NCBI GenBank assembly: GCA_945898045.1
Contig: CAMDGG010000005.1
Coordinates: forward strand, 13,298 to 77,297
DNA from: a bacterium UBP8_UBA817
GTDB lineage: Bacteria; Margulisbacteria; Marinamargulisbacteria; SXXA01; SICP01
Direction: 5' to 3'
DNA length: 64,000 bases
This document shows positions 37,781 through 47,355 of this stretch, piece after piece (position 1 is the stretch's first letter; each line of letters opens with the position of its first letter). The notes under the pieces are model-generated. The model was not told the DNA's origin and ran no database searches. It worked only from the letters and a program-made list of their open reading frames with translations. A program made the position numbers and the translations under genes.

Positions 37781-39004
37781 ATGAGCATAAAACGAGAATT
37801 CCTTCCATCTATAACATCGCTTCTAGAAGATTTTCCTTGCGTAGTTGTCCTAGGGGCACGCCAAATAGGGAAATCCACACTACTCAAGCAAACATGGCCC
37901 ACCGCCACTTTATTTGATTTAGAAAAAATCCAAGATTTGGAAAGGATTCAAGAAGACCCTTCTTTTTTCCTAGATCAACTAAAAGAGCCAACACTCATCG
38001 ATGAAGCCCAACTTAGCCCAGAATTATTTCGAGCATTACGAGTCAAAATTGACCAAGATCGATCACGCTCAGGCCAGTTTCTACTCAGCGGCTCAAGCTC
38101 TCCAGACCTACTGCGGGGAGTTAGTGAATCTCTAGCGGGACGAGTAGCGATGGTAGAATTAGGAACATTTACATGGTCTGAATGCAAGAAATATCAAAAA
38201 TCCAACTTCTACGATAGTCTTTTATCAGGATCCTACGAAAATCTACTAAACCTCCCCGTGCGATATACGCCACTTGAACTAGAACAACTATGCTTATCCG
38301 GAGGTTACCCCGAAGTTGTGTTAAAACAAACCCCTACTTTTCGCTTACGATGGTTTGAAAATTACGTCAAAACCTATATTGAACGCGACCTTCTAAGATT
38401 ATTCCCTCGCATTCAATCCACAACATACCGTCGCTTTATCCGCATGCTTGCAGCATCCACAGGCCAGTTCATCAACGCTTCTGATTTTGCACGATCACTT
38501 GATGTATCACAACCCACCATCCGACATTATTTTGAAATTGCAGAGGGCACTTTTTTTTGGCGCATACTACCACAGTACGCACAAAACCCTCACAAAACTA
38601 TGACGAAAATGCCGAAAGGCTACATTTGTGACAGTGGCTTGTTATGCTTCATGATGAATATACACTCGACAAAAACCCTTACCGAACATCCTCAATTTGG
38701 TTTTATATGGGAATCCGCTGTAACAGAGCAACTCATTAAATCATTACATTCTTGCATCATTCCATTTAAATATTATAGTTATCGAACAAGAGATAACAGC
38801 GAAATAGACCTTATTCTTGAAGGCCCTTTTGGATTAATCCCCATTGAAATCAAAAGCGGGTCCCACACCAAATCTCAACAATTACAAACACTTAAAAAGT
38901 TTGTAGAAAAACACAATTGCCCTATAGGCATTTTAATTAATAGAGATAACAAAGTGATCCAACTCAGCGAAAAAATATTTCAAATACCAGCAGGATGTAT
39001 ATAA
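37781..39004 (+). CDS. COG1373-type AAA ATPase with a DUF4143-like C-terminus
   Basis: Walker A GARQIGKST, Walker B LIDEAQ, 407 aa. Confidence 0.8.
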   Translation: MSIKREFLPSITSLLEDFPCVVVLGARQIGKSTLLKQTWPTATLFDLEKIQDLERIQEDPSFFLDQLKEPTLIDEAQLSPELFRALRVKIDQDRSRSGQFLLSGSSSPDLLRGVSESLAGRVAMVELGTFTWSECKKYQKSNFYDSLLSGSYENLLNLPVRYTPLELEQLCLSGGYPEVVLKQTPTFRLRWFENYVKTYIERDLLRLFPRIQSTTYRRFIRMLAASTGQFINASDFARSLDVSQPTIRHYFEIAEGTFFWRILPQYAQNPHKTMTKMPKGYICDSGLLCFMMNIHSTKTLTEHPQFGFIWESAVTEQLIKSLHSCIIPFKYYSYRTRDNSEIDLILEGPFGLIPIEIKSGSHTKSQQLQTLKKFVEKHNCPIGILINRDNKVIQLSEKIFQIPAGCI

Positions 39005-39077
39005 AGAAATAAAATAGCTAACCTCTCTCATTCATCACTTCCAAATCGAACCTCAAAGCCGTATCATAACTATCTAC

Positions 39078-41915
39078 ATGCCGATCATCACCCTAAAAAA
39101 TAAAATCATCTCATTTTCACGTATGCTTGTATGGAAAAGCTGGGACGATGTCCCGCCTACAGATAAATGCCTCGACAGTATTCTAGACCCCACCGCAAGA
39201 CTAGAACTCGTCTCCAGCATAAAAAAACTCTTACAAGCCATCGTAACCAATACGCCTATGATAAAACCCATCATCGTACAAACACGGGACGGCTTCAAAC
39301 AAGAAATCAGCCAACAGCTAGCAGACACACTACGATTACTCATGGGTGACGAAAACATACAAAAAGTCGCTACCTATCTCACCAAATCAGGCATCGCAAC
39401 ACAAAAAGAAACCCCAGGCATTTGGGAACGCATCAAAGCCAACACGGGCCTCTTAGTCCCCGTTGCTATAGGCGGTGGCATTCAATTGGTTGCCGAATTT
39501 ATTAGACAAAAAGAGGGAGACTCCCCAGATAAGACCTGGACGTTCTCTGACCCTGCGCTCTATCATACTGCCACGTTTTTATGCTTTATCGTATTCTTCA
39601 ATAAAGCCATAGAATTATCAGGACTCGTCTTCAAAAAAGCAGCCCAATCAAGCACTCACCCTAACACTCCCCTAACAACAGCAGAATCCGTGGTCGTTAT
39701 CAATCACCCTGCCACTTTAGAAACGCTCGAAGGCAGCTACGACATTACAAGCCAACGCTATGGGCCATCTCGATTAGCACAGGCACATCAAGGCATTCTT
39801 AGTATCAGTCCGGACATGCTCTCTGACGATGCCATGGAAAAACTACTCAACTTAATTGCCAGCATTGACGACACGCTAGGTCTCGGCGGAAAAACAGAAC
39901 ATACGCATCCTCTTACGAGCCTATTCGCTTTTTTCGAACCCCTTCACAGTACACAAAAAGAAGATTCTATCTACAGTTCTAGCGGCAGAATCGAAATACA
40001 CATTATGATTCCAACTGTTCATGAAGATACACAAGAAATTCGTCACCATTTAATTCAACTCGTTAAACAAACTATTGGAAATGAACATACCTGGCAAGAC
40101 AACACCCTCTCCGTCATTCTGGAGCTTCTTTCACACAATAAGCATCTCATCTGGACACCCGAAATCAGACTCCTTATCCAACAAATTTCCCAAACTGCTC
40201 AGAGAACAAATACCCCTGTCACCCCGAAATATCTGCTCGAAGAATGGCAAAAGAAAATGACGCCGCTACGAATGAATGCTATCGAACAAGAATTTCGGAA
40301 TTATCAAAAAGAAAAAGACAAAGGCATCCCTCCCTATCCACATCCTGAAAAATTATTTTTACCCACATCACCCCCAACAAAAACCATAGCAAAGCCCAAG
40401 CCCAGCACCTCAATCTTCATAGAAAATAACTACACCAATTTTATAGAAGCCCAAAAGGAACTACTCAATTTAAATAATAGTGAATGGAAAGACGCTGTTG
40501 TTAATCGTAAAAAATTAGAGGGGGCCGAATATACCCTCTACAGAGAAACCCCCAATAAAAGTGATCCCGCTATCACAGAAAATCTAGCCATAAGTCCCTT
40601 TGCGACCATTGCAGGTCACGACAGTCTAATCAAAGAAATCATCGATGTGCTAGACAATCATGTGGCGCAACTCATGCAGCAACAAAGTGACCCAACACAA
40701 CTGACACTCCCAAAAACCGTCATCATCTTACTAACAGACAAAGAGAGCCTTACAAAAGAACGACAATATAGCAGTGGGAAATCCACCTTACTCAAAGCGG
40801 CTGAAGCTTATTTAAGACAAGCCTACGAACGTGCAAAAATTAAACGCCCCCATCAGCTATTACTACATGGAGATTCAGGCCCACAGTATAAACTAAGCAT
40901 AGAAAAACCAATCGGCATGCCCCCTCGAGGACTTCAAGAAAATGTTGTAAGCACACTTAAACGACAATGGCCCGTACTCTCGCTCTTACTCATGCAAGAT
41001 ATTCCGTTCACCTATCTCATTAGCGAAATTTCAAAAACGTTTATTCAAGACACGGGCGACAGAACCGAACAATTCGCAGGGCTCGTTTTCCCCTGGACAC
41101 TCTATTTTGTAAATTTAGGCCTAAGCGCGTTACTAGTAGGTGGCAGTGAATATCTAGACCGCACCCATCACAATCCTTATGCCAAATTATTAGAAGACGG
41201 AACAGCCCTCCCAACAGCCGCCACACTTTCAAGCGGTTTAACTCCCGACACACTTTTGGGACACGCAAAACAAACAACAAACCCACAAGATGCTCTTGAT
41301 GCAAATAAACGAATAGAACTGCTTGATCTCAATTTTCGACATGCCATCCTCGCAGAAAACTGGCATGCTTTCTTACCCCAAATACGAGAAACCATTCTCA
41401 TGATGGTCACCAATCAAACGGCAATGCTAGGCACAACGATAAAGATCCCCTTTCACGTAGGGCTCCTAGGCTTAACCGGAAACGATGTTGCAGGCCACTT
41501 GCAAGAGCAAGCCGCTGATTTTTGCGATATTCGAGCAGAACTTACGACTTCAATAGAGTATCCAGAAAATCTAGAAGAATGCACCAAATTAGAACAACTC
41601 TTACTGCTCCATTTGCGAGACTATATGACTATTCCTTGGAGCAATAAGCATATTAATCAGCTAATCGATAAACTCACACAAAAACCAGGAAAACTATTCT
41701 TTGGTATTCGATTTATTAAAAACTTTATCATCGATGCACAAAAAAGAGCTTCCATTAGAACTGGAACACTAGCCGACATCTCTCTTGATGCAACCAAGAG
41801 AAAACAGCAAAAGGAAAAACAAAAAACAATAGACCCCATTATCACAGACCAAGATTTTGACGACGCCTGGACAACTTTTTTGATTGAAAACCCACATATC
41901 CAGAGCTACTTATAA
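39078..41915 (+). CDS. large membrane protein with a degenerate AAA+-like module
   Basis: 945 aa. Hydrophobic pairs near aa 122-185 and 630-690. aa 506-600 resemble the FtsH/CDC48-type AAA N-terminal region (PFATIAGHDSLIKEIIDVL ... LPKTVIILL ... SSGKSTLLKAA). Native-like codon usage. Confidence 0.45.
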   Translation: MPIITLKNKIISFSRMLVWKSWDDVPPTDKCLDSILDPTARLELVSSIKKLLQAIVTNTPMIKPIIVQTRDGFKQEISQQLADTLRLLMGDENIQKVATYLTKSGIATQKETPGIWERIKANTGLLVPVAIGGGIQLVAEFIRQKEGDSPDKTWTFSDPALYHTATFLCFIVFFNKAIELSGLVFKKAAQSSTHPNTPLTTAESVVVINHPATLETLEGSYDITSQRYGPSRLAQAHQGILSISPDMLSDDAMEKLLNLIASIDDTLGLGGKTEHTHPLTSLFAFFEPLHSTQKEDSIYSSSGRIEIHIMIPTVHEDTQEIRHHLIQLVKQTIGNEHTWQDNTLSVILELLSHNKHLIWTPEIRLLIQQISQTAQRTNTPVTPKYLLEEWQKKMTPLRMNAIEQEFRNYQKEKDKGIPPYPHPEKLFLPTSPPTKTIAKPKPSTSIFIENNYTNFIEAQKELLNLNNSEWKDAVVNRKKLEGAEYTLYRETPNKSDPAITENLAISPFATIAGHDSLIKEIIDVLDNHVAQLMQQQSDPTQLTLPKTVIILLTDKESLTKERQYSSGKSTLLKAAEAYLRQAYERAKIKRPHQLLLHGDSGPQYKLSIEKPIGMPPRGLQENVVSTLKRQWPVLSLLLMQDIPFTYLISEISKTFIQDTGDRTEQFAGLVFPWTLYFVNLGLSALLVGGSEYLDRTHHNPYAKLLEDGTALPTAATLSSGLTPDTLLGHAKQTTNPQDALDANKRIELLDLNFRHAILAENWHAFLPQIRETILMMVTNQTAMLGTTIKIPFHVGLLGLTGNDVAGHLQEQAADFCDIRAELTTSIEYPENLEECTKLEQLLLLHLRDYMTIPWSNKHINQLIDKLTQKPGKLFFGIRFIKNFIIDAQKRASIRTGTLADISLDATKRKQQKEKQKTIDPIITDQDFDDAWTTFLIENPHIQSYL

Positions 41916-42848
41916 CTACCCGATGCCAAACAATTCCAACAACAACGCCCAAAACCCCCTTTTCTTTTTCACATTTTTTGGTGGCACTCCAGGCTTAGCC
42001 TCACGCACTTTTTCTTGCTCAGAAATTAATAATTGTAAAATCGCATGCAACTTGGCTTTAGTTGTCGGAAGCCCTTTTTGATTGACTAAAAATAACCAAC
42101 GATTCGACAATAACTTTAAAAAACGCTCCGACACGACCCTATTAAAACGTGCCATCAAAATTTCGCGCCACTTGCCATAAATAATATCCATGACCGAACT
42201 CATCGGAACATCCACTCTAATCGACTGTAACATGACCGACAAATAAGCAATCAAAAACGTATCCGCTTCATTGTCTGAAAAGGCTTTATTTAACATACCC
42301 GTTGCTTCGGAAACACTCGGCAAAGGAGACGATTTCGACCCATCAAAATACTGCTCACTAATCGACCCCGCCACATCCATCAATCCCGGCTTTTGCTCCA
42401 GACGACGCTGGTCATCCGATACCGTTTTGACGTCTACTGATTTGATAGGAATAGGACCTGCAACTACTGCGGGAAGCTCCTCAACCTCACCAGATTCCGT
42501 CACAACAGCAGACACTGGCGGACTAGCTGGTATCGCAGCCTCTGCAGCGGCTATTTCTGTATCCAAAAACCCAATAACAATTTGAGGAAACTGTTTATCT
42601 AAAGGGGCATCATTAGACGCCACAACATGCATCCACAATCGGGTCAAATTAATCAAAAAGTCATCGGTATATCCGCCAGGCACGCCATACAAAATCTCAG
42701 CCCACGCATTTTTTACACTTTCATAATCATCGTTTGTAGGCACCACCAAATGCTTACCAACGGCAACAAGCTGCATATACGATTTCAAAAAACCGACATG
42801 ATCTGCATTTTTAATACACACCGCCAAACTGGTAAAACTAACGGCCAT
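41916..42848 (-). CDS. hypothetical protein, member of the LLKNNW-LFLGHSKFK orphan family, with an internal duplication
   Basis: 310 aa. C-terminal FLKLLSNRWLFLVNQKG matches the 55930 and 57190 products. N-terminal W-EIL...FL..L...W mirrors the C-terminal copy. Central P/A/V/S-rich linker. Confidence 0.5.
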   Translation of the reverse strand: MAVSFTSLAVCIKNADHVGFLKSYMQLVAVGKHLVVPTNDDYESVKNAWAEILYGVPGGYTDDFLINLTRLWMHVVASNDAPLDKQFPQIVIGFLDTEIAAAEAAIPASPPVSAVVTESGEVEELPAVVAGPIPIKSVDVKTVSDDQRRLEQKPGLMDVAGSISEQYFDGSKSSPLPSVSEATGMLNKAFSDNEADTFLIAYLSVMLQSIRVDVPMSSVMDIIYGKWREILMARFNRVVSERFLKLLSNRWLFLVNQKGLPTTKAKLHAILQLLISEQEKVREAKPGVPPKNVKKKRGFWALLLELFGIG

Positions 42849-44485
42849 TAAAGCTCACATCCTTCTTCACCACAGTTAAGCGGCAAAAACCCCAAAAGCC
42901 CCACCAACCAAAAGGCATGCCCTGCGGCATAAGACGATAACGATCGAGAGACAAATTTCAACAAACGCTCCGCATAGCCACGATAATGCCTCTTTTGCGT
43001 CAAAGTAGCAAGCTGAATAAGCACGTAAACCGCAACAGAATTGGCACTCGGACAGGCCCCATCATAGAGATCAATTTGATCAAAAAATAACGGATCCGAT
43101 GACAATCGAAAAACGCCACGAGCATCATCCCACAAAACACGAATCATCTCATCCATCAGAGAAACCGCCTGATGCAAATACACATCCTCACCGGATGCCA
43201 AATATAACTCTAATAATCCCCAACAAAAATATCCATAATCTGACGCCATTCCCTCAATAGGAACTCGGCCCAAACAATGCCAAAGCCCCTTTTGATGCAC
43301 TCTAGTTTCTAATAAAGCATCACACGCTTTTTTGGCATCTTCAACAAAACCAGCTTTGGCAAAAGCCGCGATCATAAGCCCATTCCAATCGGTTAAAACT
43401 TTTGTGTCTTTAGAGGGCTTTTCTCGACCTTCTCTTTCCAAAAAGAGCTGTTCACGTTGCGGCATCCAAGCAGTTAAGTCCGCAACAGAATCAAAGCAAA
43501 TCACATCATCCTGCCATAAATAAAACGCCCCCTCCTCCCCTTCTGTATCTGCATCTTCAGCAGCATAAAAAAGACCATCGGGCGAAAGCAATTCGCGCCT
43601 TACATAGACCGCAATTTCATCCACAGTTTGCTTAAAAAGAAGTCCCTCGCATTCTGAAAACGCCATCATCATCAACGCCTGGTCATACAGCATTTTTTCG
43701 AAATGGGGCACACGCCACTCGGCATCTGTCGAATACCGATGCACGCCCAATCCCACCTGATCATAAATGCCGCCCAGACGAATTTTCTCCAAAGTCATTG
43801 TCACCATTTCTAGTGCCTTGGGCTCGTTAAAAATTTGTGCATATCGCATCAAAAAAATTAGCTGGTGCGGACACGGAAATTTAGGCGCACCACCAAATCC
43901 ACCAAAAATGTCATCAAAAGAATTCAAAAAATCCGAATACGCATGCACCAATACGTCTCGCCCAGGCATCACCCCCGACTTAGCCCCCTGCTGCTCACGA
44001 AGCGCTTCTTGAATGGCCACCCCCGACTCCCGAATAGCATCCGGATCCGTCTGCCAATGTTCTGAAATACGTGCAAGCAATGTCATAAGGCCAATACGTC
44101 CATGCATCGTCTCTTTTGGAAAATAAGTCCCCGCATAAAATGGCACCAAATCTGGCGTCAAAAAAACCGTAAGTGGCCAACCACCCGATCCCGTCGTCAA
44201 CTGACACACTGACATAAATGCATGGTCCACATCAGGACGCTCTTCGCGATCCACTTTAATCGACACAAAATGCGCATTCAAAAACGCAGCAACGTCATGA
44301 TCTTCAAACGACTCATGCGCCATCACATGACACCAATGACACGTCGAATACCCTATCGATAAAAAAACCAGTTTATTCTCAGCTCTTGCACGAACAAACG
44401 CAGCCTCGCCCCAAGCCATCCACGCTACCGGATTATCCTGATGCTGCAACAAATACGGGCTAGTTTCGAACTGTAGGTCATTCAT
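42848..44485 (-). CDS. thioredoxin-domain protein, YyaL/DUF255 family (thioredoxin-like plus alpha/alpha barrel)
   Basis: N-terminal [14 protein letters not shown]...CHWCHVM. 545 aa. Confidence 0.8.
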   Translation of the reverse strand: MNDLQFETSPYLLQHQDNPVAWMAWGEAAFVRARAENKLVFLSIGYSTCHWCHVMAHESFEDHDVAAFLNAHFVSIKVDREERPDVDHAFMSVCQLTTGSGGWPLTVFLTPDLVPFYAGTYFPKETMHGRIGLMTLLARISEHWQTDPDAIRESGVAIQEALREQQGAKSGVMPGRDVLVHAYSDFLNSFDDIFGGFGGAPKFPCPHQLIFLMRYAQIFNEPKALEMVTMTLEKIRLGGIYDQVGLGVHRYSTDAEWRVPHFEKMLYDQALMMMAFSECEGLLFKQTVDEIAVYVRRELLSPDGLFYAAEDADTEGEEGAFYLWQDDVICFDSVADLTAWMPQREQLFLEREGREKPSKDTKVLTDWNGLMIAAFAKAGFVEDAKKACDALLETRVHQKGLWHCLGRVPIEGMASDYGYFCWGLLELYLASGEDVYLHQAVSLMDEMIRVLWDDARGVFRLSSDPLFFDQIDLYDGACPSANSVAVYVLIQLATLTQKRHYRGYAERLLKFVSRSLSSYAAGHAFWLVGLLGFLPLNCGEEGCEL

Positions 44486-45759
44486 AGTGTAAGCACTCTA
44501 TGATACGACATTATTCTCTCCATTTCATGCACAGATAGCCCTGCCTTTTTCGCGAAATCAGGCCAAGCAGAAACAGCCTCCCCCACTTGCTTCAACACCT
44601 CAGACGCACTTCCAATACCAAAACGATCTGCAACAATTAAAAAATCCTCTCTCGTAATACCAAAAAACTTACCATTAACAGACATAGACTGCTGATACGT
44701 CCACTTCCCGTCTGGATTATAGGCATAAACAAGGTCATACGCCGGAGCCAGTTGCCAAGCTTCCCCTTCTTTCAAAATAAATGAACTATTTTTAGTATGG
44801 TCATCACAATTAGCAGCCATTACATTAAATACCATACGGCGAAATCCTTCTTCTAAGGCATCATAACCCAGTTGCAATCGGTTTATCGTCTGAAAAAACT
44901 GAGCATAGTCATGACTTGCCAGTTGTCGAAAATCCAGGTGTGCCATTGCACACAAAGTCTGTAAATGATGTTTCTGATGACCCTCTCTATCAAACCGTCG
45001 CGTCATAAAATGGGCACGTCCATTTTCCTCTAATAAACGACAAGGTGACATAGCAATACCTGCTGTAATAGCCATTTGTGAATAGGCATATTCAACACGA
45101 CCATAAGCCTTAGAATCGATTAATTGATTCACCTGCCCCATACCATCAAATTTTAACAACCAATGTTCGAAACCCGATTCGACATCAAACTGACCTGGTC
45201 GAATTTCATTACTTGTAGGATTCCAAGAAATAACAGCCTTAGCTCTAGCACCACCAGCAGAGGTTCCCACCTGAATGATCTGCGCAAGAGCAGCCTTCGA
45301 ATCAGACGCAATGTTTCCAGCTACTACCTGACGCGCACTATCTACCAAAGCAGAAAGCGTAACCGCTGTATTGCTAATAGCCCCCGAACTACGCGCAGGC
45401 TTAAATTCTAATGCACCTACCCCACGCTTACCCATATAAGCGAGACGATCCAAAGGGGTGATCTGTGATTTAACAACACCATTTCGAGACATCCACGCCT
45501 CAATAAGCGTATTACCAAAATCATCTGGCAGCGCATCCGCCAATAAAGCAGGGAGCCGCTGATAAGTAAGTTCCGGGAGATCAGAAAACAAGAAAGAGCG
45601 CTGAGACAAAGGCATAGCAAGCGGAGCAAGTTCGATTCCGGTCCTAACAAATTGCGGATCATACTCAAATACGTAATAACCCAACTTTGGATCCAAGGCC
45701 ACAGCTCCCACCCTTTCCCCCCAAATCCAGACTTCTACCACACCAACAGGCTTATACAT
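44482..45759 (-). CDS. hipA: HipA-family serine/threonine kinase toxin
   Basis: N-terminal HipA coupling-domain pattern ([14 protein letters not shown]) and catalytic NCDDHTKN. 425 aa. Confidence 0.85.
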   Translation of the reverse strand: MYKPVGVVEVWIWGERVGAVALDPKLGYYVFEYDPQFVRTGIELAPLAMPLSQRSFLFSDLPELTYQRLPALLADALPDDFGNTLIEAWMSRNGVVKSQITPLDRLAYMGKRGVGALEFKPARSSGAISNTAVTLSALVDSARQVVAGNIASDSKAALAQIIQVGTSAGGARAKAVISWNPTSNEIRPGQFDVESGFEHWLLKFDGMGQVNQLIDSKAYGRVEYAYSQMAITAGIAMSPCRLLEENGRAHFMTRRFDREGHQKHHLQTLCAMAHLDFRQLASHDYAQFFQTINRLQLGYDALEEGFRRMVFNVMAANCDDHTKNSSFILKEGEAWQLAPAYDLVYAYNPDGKWTYQQSMSVNGKFFGITREDFLIVADRFGIGSASEVLKQVGEAVSAWPDFAKKAGLSVHEMERIMSYHRVLTL

Positions 45760-46051
45760 CTAAAGATTTCTCTCGTGTAGCGCGCTTGCGAGAAGGCTTC
45801 ACAGAAATCATCTGCAATGGACTGATTGAAATTTCTGGAGCCAAAGAAAGAAGCCACTCCGCATTACCCAACACACGTAAGAGTTTTATCAATGAAGACA
45901 TCGTAGATCCTTTGCCTGCCTCTAAATTTTTTACCACGTTTAAAGCTGTTCCAGCACGACGCGCAAGTTCCACTTGACCCAGATTTCGCCTTAAACGAAG
46001 GTCACGAATCTGTAATCCAAATTCTTTTTCCCATTCCTGAACAGTTTTCAT
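45752..46051 (-). CDS. hipB: XRE-family HTH antitoxin (HipB-like)
   Basis: HTH segment LGQVELARRAGTALNVVKNLEAGKGS. 8-nt overlap with the hipA start. Confidence 0.7.
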   Translation of the reverse strand: MKTVQEWEKEFGLQIRDLRLRRNLGQVELARRAGTALNVVKNLEAGKGSTMSSLIKLLRVLGNAEWLLSLAPEISISPLQMISVKPSRKRATREKSLDV

Positions 46052-46068
46052 AATATCAATTAAAGTCC

Positions 46069-46115
46069 TTATTTAGGCTATTCATATATCAGCATTAACA
46101 TAATAGCCTAAATAA
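46069..46115. promoter_or_regulatory. 14-bp perfect inverted repeat (TTATTTAGGCTATT, 19 nt spacer, AATAGCCTAAATAA) in the hipB / U32 divergent promoter region; candidate HipB operator
   Basis: Arms at 46069-46082 and 46102-46115, read directly. The repeat starts 18 nt upstream of the hipB ATG. Confidence 0.45.
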
Positions 46116-46170
46116 AGACTAAAATGCAAACATAGCCTTCAAGCAAGCTCTCCGGTAAACTAGTTAAGTC

Positions 46171-47355
46171 ATGCAAAAACCCGAACTCCTAGCCCCTGCG
46201 GGCAACCTAGAAAAATTAAAAATTGCCTACGCCCATGGTGCAGACGCCTGTTATATCGGCGGAACGGTCTTCGGACTCAGAAAATTTGCAGATAATTTTT
46301 CTGTATCAGAAATCCAAGCGGCCATAGACCATGCAAATACACACAACAAAAAACTCTACATCGTCCTCAACGGCTTTGCTCACAACGAAGACATTGAAGC
46401 CCTTAAGCCCTATTTAGAAATTATGGAAAATTTACAGCCCCACGGATTTATCATCTCCGACATGGGTGTCATGCAACTGGCCAAACGTCTCACAACAATC
46501 GACCTCCACACCTCCACACAAGCCAGCGTCACCAATGTCTACGGCTGCGAGCTTTGGAAAAATGCGGGCGCAAAACGTGTGATCTTAGCCCGAGAAGTAA
46601 GTATTGCAGACTGCAAAAAAATTAAAGAAAAACTCGACATTGAACTCGAAGTTTTTGTACACGGTGCCATGTGTGCCAGCTATTCCGGAAAGTGCGTCAT
46701 TTCCAACTACACGGCCGGCCGCGATTCCAACCGAGGTGGTTGCATACAAAGTTGTAGACACACCTACGACATCTTAGATGAAACCACCAAAACTATTGAA
46801 GACACTACCCATATCATGAACGCAAAAGATCTCATGGCCGTTTCCCTCATTCCCCAACTCATCGAATCCGGCATAGACTCCCTCAAAATAGAAGGCCGTA
46901 TGAAATCCAATCTTTACGTTGCAAACGCCGTTTCTGTCTACAGACAAGCCATAGATTACTATATGGAAAACACCCAAGACCAAACTGAAAAATTCGAAAC
47001 CGAACTCAAAAAAGTATCCAACCGTACATTCTCAACCGGAGGACTCGATCACAGGCCCGCCGTCGAAAGCATTCACTATGATTTTGCAGGCTACACCAAA
47101 GGCGTCGATTTTATCGGCACGGTCAAAGATACCCATCCCGAAAAAGGGATTATTCTAGAAATAAAATCCCCCTTCAAAAAAACAGACCCGTTAGAATTTT
47201 TATGCCAAAACGGAACCCTACTTCCGATTCAGTTAGACACCATCTGGAATATGGCCAGTGAGCCAATCGAAACCGTTAATCAAAATACGTTAATTAGAAT
47301 TCCCGCAAACAAAACAATCAAGCCTTACGATATTTTACGACGCCAGCTTAGCTAA
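46171..47355 (+). CDS. U32-family protein with a conserved Fe-S cysteine cluster (TrhP/RlhA/UbiU-like hydroxylase family)
   Basis: ELLAPAGNLEKLKIAYAHGADACYIGG and the Cys cluster GAMCASYSGKC...GGCIQSC. Confidence 0.8.
   Translation: MQKPELLAPAGNLEKLKIAYAHGADACYIGGTVFGLRKFADNFSVSEIQAAIDHANTHNKKLYIVLNGFAHNEDIEALKPYLEIMENLQPHGFIISDMGVMQLAKRLTTIDLHTSTQASVTNVYGCELWKNAGAKRVILAREVSIADCKKIKEKLDIELEVFVHGAMCASYSGKCVISNYTAGRDSNRGGCIQSCRHTYDILDETTKTIEDTTHIMNAKDLMAVSLIPQLIESGIDSLKIEGRMKSNLYVANAVSVYRQAIDYYMENTQDQTEKFETELKKVSNRTFSTGGLDHRPAVESIHYDFAGYTKGVDFIGTVKDTHPEKGIILEIKSPFKKTDPLEFLCQNGTLLPIQLDTIWNMASEPIETVNQNTLIRIPANKTIKPYDILRRQLS

Noticed and set aside
41470-41500. NDVAGH in the 945-aa protein as a relic of the FtsH HEAGH zinc site
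   Set aside because: Only 3 of 5 positions match. Hydrophobic, TM-like segments lie between it and the AAA-like module, and no third zinc ligand context was seen. The evidence is too weak to call an M41 remnant.
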